Of a DNA stretch of 64,000 nt, positions 31,135-46,627 are shown in pieces. The stretch lies in assembly GCF_009914755.1 (NCBI RefSeq), contig NC_060938.1. One strand, written 5' to 3'. Both the position numbers and the translations under genes were made by a program. How positions within the stretch are numbered: position 1 is the first letter of the stretch; each line of letters begins with the position of its first letter. The notes below the pieces were generated by a model. That model did not search any database and was not told the origin of the DNA. It was given only the letters and a program-made list of their open reading frames with translations. This stretch comes from the human T2T-CHM13v2.0 reference genome, Homo sapiens.

Positions 31135-31276
31135 CAAAGGCCACCTGAGCGCTATCCTGGCCATCAAGGGGAACCTATCCAACAGTGAGGTCAAGCGCAT
31201 CCGGAGCATCTTGGACGTCAGCATGGGGGCGCAGGAGCCCTCCCGGCCCCTATTTTCCCTTATAAAGGTTGGTTAG
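31135..31276 (+). CDS. TNFAIP2: TNFAIP2 last coding exon
   Basis: gccag|C AAA...GGT TAG; summed CDS is 1965 nt = 654 aa, ending LFSLIKVG*. Confidence 0.95.
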
Positions 31277-33353
31277 CTTTTCCTGTGGCCTGACCTGCCT
31301 GTGAGTGCCCAGCAAGCCTTGGGCACACCCCGCTGGGAGCTGTTAAGAGCAGCGCTGGTTCTCGGTTCCTCCCGGGTCTCCTGTGCTCTGATGCTACTTC
31401 TGCCTAGCCCTGGCGGAGGTGCAGGCCCTGTCAGCTGGAACTGGACAGACCTTGGTTTGTTTACATGTCCGATGGGGGCAGGAGCTCCCATCCTGGGCAG
31501 CCAACCAGGCAACACCAAGGACTCTTTGTAAACGATAGCTGATCGTGTGCACGCAAGGAAAGAACCAGGAGGGAGAGTGCAGCCAGGCTCAGGGATCCCC
31601 GGACACCTCTGTCCAGAGCCCCTCCACAGTCGGCCTCATGACTGTCCTCCTCGTGGGTGGGGCCGAGGGCCCTCTTCAGCTCTCTGGAGACAGGGGCCGA
31701 GCCTCACCCATCTGCCCTCTGCAGCCCAGGGCCGCCGTGAGCGGGATTCAGCAATGGTGGAATGGAAGACAGAACTGGAAGAGAAAGAAGGAAAAGATGA
31801 GCTCTCGTCTGGCAGGGGCTTTTAGGGTCCTGTGGCGAGCTGTGAGCACCGCCAGCATTAGACGTCACATCCAGGTGGCCCCACGGCCCCTACAGGCTGG
31901 CCCTGCAATGGGGCCCTGAGCCCTCCCTCTTCATCCCCCAAGGCCTCAACTAGAGGGTGGTCCCCCGAGGGCTTGGTGTCTACTACCGAAGGGCCCAAGA
32001 CCTCCTGGGTCCTCTCAGGCTCCCCCTTCCCCAAGGCAGGGACAGGCCCTGGGGGTGCCACCGTGGGCCCTGCCACCCAGAAGTCTGGCTGAGGTCTGGG
32101 CAGGGGCAGGGCAAGCTTGACCTCTCACTGTTGACCCTTTGGCCTCTGTATTTGTTTCCTATTGCCGTGACAGGTTTCCACAAACTTCGTGGATCAAAAC
32201 GAGGTCTTCCAGTTCTGCGGGTCAGAAGGCTGACCCGGGGCTCAAATCTGGGTGTCGGCAGTCCTGCACTCCTTCTGGAGGCTCTAGGGGAGAATTCATT
32301 TCTGGCCTTTTCATTTTTAGAGGCTGACCGTAATTCTTGACTTCAGGCTCCTCCATCTTCAGAGCCAGCTGTGGGTAGTTGAATCTTTTTCCCGTCACCT
32401 CATTGAGGCCTCCCCTCTCCTGCCTCCCTCCACCACTTTTTTTTTTTTTTTTTTGAGACAGGGTCTTGCTGTGTTGCCCAGGCTGGAGTGCAGTGGCCTG
32501 GTCATGGCATCAAGGCTCACTGCAGCCTGGACCTCCTGGTTCAAGTGATCCTCTTGTCTCAGTCCCCTGAGACAATCCCCCACGCCCAGCTACATATTTT
32601 TTGTGGATACAGGGTCTCATTCTGTTGCCTAGGCTTGTCTGGAACTCCTGGGCTCAAGGGATCTTGTAGCCTTAGCCTCCTAAAGTGCTGGGATTATAGG
32701 CATGAGTCACTGTACCCGGCCTGCTCTACCGCTTTTAAGGACGCTTATGATCACATTGCGCCTACCCAGAGAACCCAGGTCGTCTTTCTATTTTCAGGTC
32801 AGCTGATTAGCCACCTTAGTTCCATCTGCAACTTTAGTTCCCACTGGCTGTGTAACCTAACATAGTCACAGGCTCTGGGGACTGTCACGTGGACATCTTT
32901 GGGAGGCCGTTATTCTGCCCACCGCACCCTCCGTTCATCCCCTGCCCTGCCGGGCACCTCGCTCTACCCCAGGAAAATGTGAGCTCGTTTTCCTGCTCGG
33001 CATGTGCTCCCCCTAAGGCTCTGCTCCTCCCTGGGCCTGAAAGTTCCTTCTCAGCCTGAGAGGGGGCCCTTCGGACTCAGGCATGACTCAGCCCGGCTGA
33101 TGCCTCTGCAGTGCTGAGTCAGGATTTGGGGCCGGCTCTCTTGGGTCCGTCCCCTTTTCCCAGGTACTGCCTTACAAAGCTGTGGCCAGGAAGTGGCCGG
33201 TATAAAGGATGCCCAAGGTCTTTGTACGTGTGTAGGAGTTAGCGTGTTTGATATTGTTAATATAATAATAATTATTTTTTAGAGTACTGCTTTTGTATGT
33301 ATGTTGAACAGGATCCAGGTTTTTATAGCTTGATATAAAACAGAATTCAAAAG
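31277..33353 (+). other. TNFAIP2: TNFAIP2 3'UTR (~2 kb; 3' end approximate)
   Basis: AU-rich end at 33250-33340 with variant poly(A) signal TATAAA at 33334-33339 followed by GT/T-rich sequence; no canonical AATAAA seen there. Confidence 0.6.
32437..32720 (-). mobile_element. Antisense Alu (old, J-like) in the TNFAIP2 3'UTR
   Basis: Poly-T followed by GAGACAGGGTCTTGCT...GGCTCAAGGGATC. Confidence 0.9.
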
Positions 33354-34399
33354 TGGCTGTGGAGTGATTTATTTTGGGAGCTGCACAATGATGGGGGGCC
33401 CAGCCAGGCAGCCTTAGCAGCTTTCTGAGCCTCTAGGGGTCCGGGCAAACCTACCTAGGTTCTGTGTCAATCCCCAGCCTGTCCCAGCCCCCAGAGCACC
33501 TCATGTGGTCCAGGCAGGAGATGGCCCACCATCCCCTCACTGTGAGCAGGAGCTTTGGAAGTGTCTGCCTGTAGGGCATGGACAGTCACTTCACCCTTCC
33601 GTGCCTCAGTTTCCTCATCTGTAAAAAGGGGACTGTGACCCTTTGGGGCTTCCTCCACCGTCCTTTACTGAGGAAGAGGGTGGGGTGGACACGGGGCAGC
33701 CATTTCAACCGCATGCACGGGACACAGAGTGGGAACTGACTCTTACCATGCTGGCATTGACCTGAAAGCTACAGCTGTGGACACAGGAGGTCTGGTTTGT
33801 ATTCAGAGACGGGCTCAGCTGCCACGGAAGGGTGGGCCTCTCCGCAGCCAATCTGGCCTGGAATTTGGGAAGGAGCAGAGTCCCTGGAAGGGAAGAAGGG
33901 TACCTTGATGAACGTTGCACAGAGGCCGGGGAGGGCCCCAAGGGGAGCCGTGTGCACCTGAAGAGGGGTGTGGGCTTCAGCAGGGCCTGGGACAGCCCGG
34001 AGCTGGGGGTGGGGGAGGGCAGGCCCTTTCTCCTGAGTTCCATTCTTGGGGCCAAAGCGGATGGCATGAGGCCACCGTGCAGTGAGAGAAAGGAGGGAGA
34101 CGAGGGCCAGGGGCAGTGCGGCTTGGCACGGAGACCCTCTGCCCGGCTCCTGGACCCGCCGGTCCATGTGGCTGCGAGGTCCTGGCCTGGTTGAGCCACG
34201 TGGGGAGCGTGGGCCTTGGGCGGGCGAGTTCCCGTTCCTCTCCTCGGAGCACAGGGTCAGGGGGAAGTGGGGGCAGCGCGACTCTCCCCTGCATGGCCCC
34301 CTGACCCTGGGCAAACGTGGGGAGAGATGGCGCCTGAGCCCCGATGGAAGCTGTCAGTGGGCCCTGGCACACATTCTCCCACGGGGGCGGACTTAGGTC

Positions 34400-35340
34400 C
34401 CAAAGTGACCCCCAGCCTCGCGGCGGCCAGGGCGGGCCGAGTCGTCGGAGCGCGGCGGGACCTGGGGCCAGGTGGACCCCCCTCCCCGGGCTGCGTCCAC
34501 CCCTGGCAGAGGGGCGGGCTCCGGGCGCGAGGCCCCAGGCGAGGAGGAAGAGGGTGCGGGCGGCGCCTTGGAGGTTCCTGCTGTTCCTGCTTTTCGGGGC
34601 GGGGGCCTTCCGGGTCACTGTCCCGCCAGCTGTTGGATCTGCACCAGTAACTTCTCCAGGAAAATCCCCCGGAGAGGAGGATCTGCCCGGCGGAGGGGAG
34701 CGAGTCCCCCAGCGCGGGGACAGGGCGGGCGGAGCGGGGCCTGGGCCAGGCCTGGTGCCTTTGTGCAAGGACGGGCCCCGGGCTGCCCAGGCTCCTGTGA
34801 GCAGGGGTGGAGCGGGGAGGCCGCAGCCCCCGCGGAACACCGGGCGCCCCCGGCCTCCAGCAGTGGGAAGCAGCCCGGGGGCTGACGCTCCCTGCAGGAG
34901 CCAGGAGCAAGCAAACAAGCAGCTTGAGTGCAGGCGCGGGGACGGGCCGGGGGTGCCTGCGGGTGAAAGGGCGGCTCAAAGGGACAGTCGCTGGAGGCCC
35001 GGTCTTGAGGAGGTGCCTGGAGCAGACCCGGGCTGGGCGCTGCGGGGGAGGGAGGAGGTTGCGGAGGCCGGCGGGCGGGAACGGGGAGGAATTCCAGGTT
35101 TCAGGCAAAGAAAGACGGCAGGACTGGGGAAAAGGGATCCTGGACAGGAGACTCCGCAGGAGGAAGGAGGGGGCCGGTAAGTGGGCTCCTTCCAGCTGGG
35201 GAGCGGGGCTGGAAGGGGCTGGAGACGCGAGTTTCAACTCATGGGATTTATGGCTTGGAAAGACCCCTCTGCCCTTCGGGGGCGCTGGGGTCCCCAGGGG
35301 AGAGATGAGGGCGGCAGCGAGGGCCCCCTCGTGCAGTGAG
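34400..35340. promoter_or_regulatory. GC/CpG-rich island-like region downstream of TNFAIP2
   Basis: Dense CpG and GC boxes; consensus donor CCG|GTAAGT at 35176/35177. Confidence 0.55.
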
Positions 35341-35495
35341 ATGGAGCGAGCTCTCGGTGGGCTGAGGGAAAGAGCAGCCCAGGGGCTTCTAAGAGACCGG
35401 GAGGGAACCAGGCTGCTTCCAGGGACAGGGAGGGCCTGGGAGGGGAGAAAGGGCTGAGGAAGCGCTTGGTCAAGTTCAGGGGGAGAGGTCCCTCC

Positions 35496-36035
35496 GCACT
35501 CGCAGTTGTGCCCTGTGTCACCACGATGTTGTTCCCAAAGTATTCTTCTGGTGTTTTTTTTATTTTTATTTTTTCCTTCTTTTCACAGGTGTTGACCCAA
35601 AGTATTTTCTCTCATGCCTGGCCACTCTGCCCTGGACCCTCAACCCAGCCGAATATGACACATCTCCAGAAACCCAGCAGGCGCAAGCCGCAGGGTTGGC
35701 CTTAAAATCCTGCTTAAACAGGAGACCCTGGAGGCCTGCTTCAGTGCCACCAGCCTAACCGCCAGGGCTCATCAAAGACGCTGCCCAGATGCATTGAACG
35801 TAAGCAAGATCAGCAAAGGTTTATCTCAACTTCAGACTCACTCCCAGAAACTCACTCTTGGGAGCTCTCTGTGGAATTGGGCCCCCCTTCTTCTGGTATT
35901 ATGTTTTCAAAACTGACAGGGATATGAAAGAAAAACTTATCCAGGAAAGAAAATTGGGTTGAACATTTAACATCTCATTTAAGTCTTGCAATAATGGCTA
36001 TATGTATTTTTGCTAAATAAATCTTCTATTAATCT
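35496..36035 (+). pseudogene. NDUFB4P11: NDUFB4 processed pseudogene (probably NDUFB4P11)
   Basis: ATG at 35526 (MLFPKY); LATLPWTLNPAEYDTSPETQQAQA and [39 protein letters not shown] align to NDUFB4 as I recall it ([43 protein letters not shown]); no introns, has stops and frameshifts, AATAAA at 36016; the P11 number is from memory. Confidence 0.85.
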
Positions 36036-36523
36036 TTTTTTTTTTTAAAGTTTGAGATGTCTGCAGAATGGGCATGTGGTTCATTAGAGTGACCAATACC
36101 CCGGTGAGTGACAACACTTTGTGTGCGAGGCTGCCGGCCGCCAGGCCCTCTCTCTCGCTCACTGCTTTGGGGGCATCATTTTGCACAGCCCCTGTGGAGG
36201 GTGATTTGGGCTTCCGGGTCAGGCTGACAAATGCAGGAACCTGTGAGGCAGCCATTCTCCTTCCAGGAATGTACCTTATCCATGCTCTACCAGCTATGCA
36301 AAGCAACTTGAGTGCCAGACTAGTCACTTCAGTTACAGTAGCAACATACTGGAAACTCCCTAAATGCCCATCGGCAGACACCAGGGAAATCACTGCAGTG
36401 CACCCAAACAATGGAGTACTATGTGGCGGTGAAAAAGAATGAGGAAGTTCTCTCTGTTCTCATGTTGACATTCAGGACACATAACGTTAAGTGGAAAAAA
36501 GCACAGTGCAGAGCAGAGTTTGT

Positions 36524-36540
36524 GGTGTGTGTGTGTGTGT

Positions 36541-36570
<30 letters not shown>
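36524..36570. repeat. (TG)n(GA)n microsatellite
   Basis: Seen directly. Confidence 0.9.
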
Positions 36571-36573
<3 letters not shown>

Positions 36574-38328
36574 GAACAGGGTTGGATGGGGACAGAAGTT
36601 AGGAAGGAGGTATTTGGCCGTATAGCTTGTAAATTTTCATTATGAGGCATGTGAATGTGTTATATTATTAGCATTTTATAACTGAACATTTAACTGAGAA
36701 AATGAAAGTGGTGTTGCTGGAGATGGGAGGAGAGAGGAGGAAAATACTTTAGTGTCTCAGGGGTAGGCTCAACCAGCCATGTCCAGCGCCTCTTTGAAGT
36801 GGGTTCATCAGCAACCTGTGACTTGGCGTGAAGCCAAGTTCAGCGCTGAGGTGCAGACTGTAATCACAGGGCTGAGTTTAACCAAGACTCTGGTTTTGTC
36901 AGGCGATCACTATGGAGGATGATAGCTGAGCCGTGGGAGGGGCTTGCCAGGGAGAAGTCATACCGATGGGCGATACCCATACTGACTGCTGCTATACCCA
37001 GCAGTCCCTGGTCGCCCCCAGAACTCCCATCCTCTGACCCTGTGCTGCCTTGCAGCCCCTCAGCCCCCCATGCATGCCCCCCATGCATGCCCCCACCATC
37101 CCTGCAGTGAGACCCCGCAGCCTCCTGAGATGCCAGGTAAGCCATGCACAGCCAGGTGCTGTGCCTCAGAACTTGCTGCAAAGCTACTTATGCAAGGCGG
37201 GGGAAGCCGTCCTGGGAGGCTGTGCAGGTGAGCAGCCAATAAACAAGTGAAAAGAAACCCCCCTCCCTCCTTGTTTGTCTCTCCAGCGCCCTCTACTGAC
37301 AGTGCACAGCACCGTGCCAGCAGGAGAGAGGGAAAAGTTCCAGAATCCCCAAGTAGGGCAGTGAAAGATGGGCTTGGGTCAGAGGCAGTAGATGGATAGC
37401 AGGCAGTTGCTTTCCATATGCACCCTTTTACACACGTTTAACCTTTTCTAAAAATTCCAGTAAATGCAATACATGTATCCTTCCCACAAGTGAAGATGCA
37501 CTCACGCTGTCTCCAAAATGAGGAGACAGTGAGGACAAGGTGCCAATGGTTACTGTAGCCACTGTTGGCTCTGTTAATTACACCACAAATTCAACCACAG
37601 TCCACTGAATATCTTGTTACCTGAAGACTGAATGGTAACACTAACCTCCAAAAAATTGTGTGTACAATACAGATGCCAGCGAGAGAAAACAGGAAAATGG
37701 TTGGCATGTGGAAACAAACACGTGAAAACAAGCAAAGGAAACTAAGCAAAACTACTACACTCCTTGCTTCCGTGACAGTTGGGAGCCGAGGCTTGAAGTC
37801 CATGGTTCCTTCTCCCATCACTCATCCTGGATTTTCCCCTCCCTCAGCCGGGACCTCAGCTAGTTGGTGATCTTTACTTGATGAAACAACTAAAACTTTC
37901 ATTTCAGAAGGTTCTGAGTCCTCAATTTTCCTGCCTTTCTATGGCTGGGGTAGTTTTCCATGAACCTTTTCTATTGGCCATGGAAATAGTCAGAAGTGCC
38001 GCAGAGAATGAATGCCCTGATTTCCAGACATAGTAGCAGCTGCCTGGTCTCCCAGGAGAATCAGAACCTATCACTGCAGTCAAGAGAGCAATCATTTTTT
38101 AGGTCTTTTGGTGTCATGACAGAATGAGCCCCAGATGGCCAGGTGGCGGCATCATCTTTCAATTTAATGAAACCATTGCTGTGTCTCCTGGTTGAAGGAT
38201 GTTCCTCTCCGGGACTAAGACCTTCACATTAGCAGAGCTCAAAGTTGCTGCGACAGGAAGCAAAAATCCTGCCAGCTGGTTGTTATTGGGGGTAATAGTA
38301 AGTGGATCCCCCTCATATCAACTGGTTG

Positions 38329-38773
38329 CATGGAGTTCTAATCGGGGAAGAGGAGTCAGGCTGGGGGGAGCAGGGAAAGCAAAACAAACAAACAAAAAAC
38401 AGATAAGCTATAAGCCTGCCTTTCTACATGGCCCAGGACACACAGAGCCCTCCTAAGCAAATAACTCACAATCTTCCTGTGCCCATCTTATCGCCAGATC
38501 CTCAGCCGATAGACAAGTGTCAGTTAGCTCGCTGCAACCTGGGCATTATCAGCACTGCGCGTGGCCCTCTCCAGCACAAGCACCATCCTATAAAATCCCC
38601 CACAAGTCTTTGTCTCCTTGTAGTCAGCTCCCCTTTTGCTGATCTGCCCATTGCTTTCTTGCAATGTATTTTCCTGTGTTCTCTAATAAGCCTGCCTGTC
38701 TTTACCTACAACTCTCTTGGTAAATTCCTTTATTGCATGCGCCACTGGTCCTAGTTAGTCACTACCTGTGACA
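38329..38773 (+). mobile_element. ERV1 solo LTR (MER83-like)
   Basis: GGAGTCAGGCTGG..AGATAAGCTATAAG start, TATAAAA box, GTGACA end; family name from recall. Confidence 0.6.
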
Positions 38774-40083
38774 GCTTGGTTTCTGGAGCCATGCATTTTG
38801 GCTATAAGGGAAGTAGAACCATGTGGTGGCCCCTGATTCAAAGCGTATATGGAATCCTGTAAAATAGAGTCCATCTTTCCTGGGTATTGCCACTCAGTCT
38901 TTTGCTGAGGCTAGCTCCTTCTGGGTGATAGAATAAGCAGTAAGATCAGTGAATTCCACGGCCACGAGCCACTGTGGCATTTCCTTGGTGGTGAAATGGG
39001 TTCCTTGGTCAGAAGCAGCCCTGCATGGAAGCCATGATGGTGAAAGGCATCACGTGAGGCTACAAGCAGCAGTGCTGCAGAAACACTCTGGGTAAGGGAG
39101 GCAAAGTGTGTCCCTTCCAGGAAGGTGAGTCTGTGTCCCCTCCATGATGGAAGAGACCAGGACCCACCTGCTACCAGATGCTGGCTGCTCTCTGTGGGGG
39201 AAGGTGCCATCAGGCACTCAGTGCTGCTCTCTGGGGTTGTGAGAGGGGGCTGCCAGCAGTGAGATTAGTCAGACCAGCCTGGAGAGATGAGCCCGTGTTG
39301 CTGGGCCCATGCGTAGCCTCCATCTTGGTCACCATAAATACATTGTTTGTGGGTTCATTGAAAAAGCGCTGGTGTGGCTAGGGAATTGTGTCCCCCCAAA
39401 TTCATCTTAAAATCGTAACTCCCAATGTGGCCCTACTTGGAGCTAGAGTGTTCACAGAGGTAATCAAGTTAGAATGAGGTCATTGGGTGGCTCTAATCCA
39501 ATACGACTGGTGTCCTAAAAAGGGGAAATTTGGAGACAGACACAGGGAGAATGCAGTGTGAGGATGGAGACAGATCAGGGTGCTGCTCCTGTCAGAGGCA
39601 TTCGAACCAGAGTGACTCCATCTTGAATAGGGGCTGGGAAAAATGAGGCTGGGGCCTGCTGGGCTACATTCCCAGGAACTTAGGCATTGTTAGTCGCAAG
39701 AGTTTACGGTTGAGGGAGCAGATTAATAATGTTTACTAACAGACCTGGAATGTCCTGATGTCCCAATATCTTGAGAACGCAAGCATTCCTAGTTTAAGAC
39801 GTTTTGTTTTAAAGATAATATCGATTCTTGTGAAAGATGGTAATTACAAAGATTAATCCTCTATCACAAACCCTTGTAGTAAAGCACATCTCCTATGATT
39901 TTCGTATCTTAAACAGGCATTGTACTTAGGCTGGGCTTGGTCCTCCTTTTACTTTAAGGAATGCCCTTCTCTGTCTATAGTCATTCTTTTTTTTTTTTTT
40001 CTTAAAAAATATATGTATATATTTTGGGGGCTCTATTTTACAGGATAATATATATATGTATGTATCTTTTGTATATATATTTG

Positions 40084-41560
<1,477 letters not shown>

Positions 41561-43295
41561 TAGAATAAAACAAACTTGCTTTCACTTTGCACTGTGGAAT
41601 TGCCTCTAATTCTGTCTCGTGTGAGATCTGAGAACGCTCTCTTGGGGTCTGCATTGGGGCCCCTTTCCAGTAACACTTCTACAAGCCAAGAAAGGCCAGA
41701 GATTGACAGAAAACTCCCACAGCTGGGAGACGGGCTGGGATGGAGTCTCCCTCACTTCCTCAGAAGGAGGCAATTCTGCTGACACCTTGACCCCAGACTT
41801 CTAACTTCCAGAACTGGGAGATGGCACGTTTTTAGGGCCTAAGCACCCGCAGCTTGCGGCACTTTGTTGCAGCATTCCTAGGAAACACACAGGGTCTGGC
41901 TGATGACTTCACAGAACTTCCTTCTTTTACCTGATTCAGCCTCTTCTGAAGGGGACACCCTTTGCTGAGCATTTATATGATGCGCAAATGTTCCTGTAGT
42001 CTGTGTCCATCTCGAGAGGCTGACCGCATACTTCTTCCTCAGACATCCTTGTTACCAAACTTCCAATCCTTTTCTTCCAGGTCCCCGAACATCCAACCAA
42101 ACTGTTAGCAGCTGTTTCTAAGTGGGCACGGATTTGTACCTCTGGGCATCTCTCTGTCTGCATGTAGTGGACAGCCGAGTGAATGGCTCAAACTGTGCGC
42201 CTAGGGAGGGTTCCTTCGCTACCGGGGCTCGGCCGGTGGAGCTGTAGTACTCATGTCTACTTTTGTGGGAACTGGCATAGCATGCCGAGCCCTCTGTCAC
42301 CAGGCTCGAGTTTCTTCCTCAGCCAACTGGGTGTGAGGAGTACCCGGGGAGGCTGGAGGCATGGATGGGGAAGGGAGACAGGGCAGCAGGGGTAGGTGCT
42401 GAGGGAGTCTGGGCCACCTGCCTTCCCTGTGAAGTTCCCATGCCGTCTGGACCCACCCCAGCTTGCCTCTACTGCGTACATGGACTGAGAGGCCACCGCT
42501 GCAGATCCCACGCCTGGTGGCTGGGTGGGTCCAACCATGCCCGGCCCCTAATGGGAACTAGGCTGAATGATCACCTAATGACACAGGGGTGGGCGTTCAG
42601 ACTCGAATCCCAGTAGAAAGCGAGAAGCAGTTTCTCAGAAGGAAACTAGTTATCTACAGAAGAGAGCACAGAATTGCTCCACAATTCTAGAGGTCCGGAC
42701 TGCAATTTTCCCATTGGCGCTTGTCATGGATATGTTGAGCAGCAGTGGCTCACAGGGCTGGGCGGCACAGAGGCTTGTACGCATAGAGCAGCCCAGGCCT
42801 GCAGAACCTCCTCTTGCTCAGCCTCTTATGGAAACTGGCTGCCTTATGGGGCACTCGGGAGATGGGTCATGGTAACACACTAAAATGTGTTGGGCCAGCC
42901 TGGTGGCTGACACCTGTAATCCCAACACTTTGGGAGGCTTAGGCACAAGGATTGGTTGAGGCCAGAAGTTTGAGATCAACCTGGGCAACATAGTGAGACC
43001 CCCAAAAGCCCTTCCAAGCATTTGCCTCTTTCTTCATAGTAGGTAGTGGGAGGTGTAGCAACTTGCCTTCACCTTAGAGTGAATATTTCAAAATTCTCCA
43101 GCCCAAATAACCCCCAAGAAGCTTAGAAATCACAGGTCTCAAATTTGGGGGGATTTATCCCCCATCTTCTAGCTGACATATGTTTTATTAAAGCTTCTAG
43201 AGGATGTGCTATTTCTTATCAGATCCAATCAGCTTTATATCACCAATGCAGGGGGCCAGTGTAGTGGTGTGTGGAATGTTAAATAATAAAGATCA

Positions 43296-43598
<303 letters not shown>

Positions 43599-44012
43599 TC
43601 AATTCATAGAGATGGAAAGTAGAATGGGGGTTGCCAAGGGTTGGGGACAATGGGGATTTATTGTATGATGGGTGCAGAGCTCCAGTTTTGCAAGGTGAAA
43701 GGAATTCTGAAGATGGATGGTGATGATGGTTGCACGACAATGTGAGTGTGCTGAATGCCACTGAAGTGTAGACCTAAAAATGGTGAAAATCGTGAGTTTT
43801 ATGTTATGTATGTTTCACCACAATTTAATAAATAAATACAAAGTATAAAGGAAAAAAGGAACTGAAGCATGGATTAAAATAAAGGATTTTCATGTTGTTT
43901 GACTACATTTTAGAAAGCAGTGTGTTAGGATCTTGATACTGTAAGAATGGTTAAGATACTAGCAGCATGGGTACTGCCGGGAAAGGTTTTAGAAAGTCAG
44001 AATGCCTGCCTC

Positions 44013-44320
<308 letters not shown>

Positions 44321-44475
44321 AAAAAGAATGCCTTCCTCAGACCTACTAGATCAGAGTCTGCAATTGTACAATCCCCAGGTGACTCATACAAATTAAATAT
44401 TTATCTGAGCTTTTTTTGAAGTATAAGATACAAACAATAAAGCTTACTTAAATACAAAAATAAAAGATAACAAAG

Positions 44476-45367
<892 letters not shown>

Positions 45368-45884
45368 AAAAGATAACAAAGATACCTGTGGACTATATTA
45401 TAGCAGAAGCCAGGATTCATGTAGTTAAGACACGAAGGTGTACTGTTGGCCCTGACAGGTAAAAGCAAATTGTTTTTGCAAATTAGTATGGAAAATAAGA
45501 CATTAGCTAGGCCAATAGCTGCATACCAAGTGCCAGGGGCCAGGTGGATTTGCACCAGTAAAAGTGCTACGTCTGGGACAGCAGCCGCGAGTGCAGTCAA
45601 CCACCTGATCACGTTTATTACAGGTCACAGTCATTCTCCAAGGTTTGTCCAGCATTTGCATGGGTTGAGCTGGTGGGTTCTACGGCATGGGAATGTAATA
45701 GATAGCCACATCTCTGCTTCTTTCAAGCCTTTAGTGGTGGCATTAATCTCTGCAATTGCCCAGAGATGCAGTCAAGGCCAGGATGAGAGGGAAGCTAGTG
45801 AGGTACCAGGGCACAAAATGGAAGGATGTCAGGATGATGCCAGAGCTGAGCCTGCACTACATTCTGTGCCCAAGATGCCTTACT

Positions 45885-46627
<743 letters not shown>

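Noticed and set aside
33977-35237. Several 200-326-aa ORFs in the downstream GC-rich region
   Set aside because: P/G/A/R-rich, open in multiple frames on both strands and with no recognisable domain, as is typical of stop-poor CpG islands.
39660-39840. MER41 as an interferon (STAT1/GAS) enhancer
   Set aside because: I see only TTC-N4-GAA motifs, not the tandem TTC-N3-GAA sites of MER41B, and the element is fragmented.
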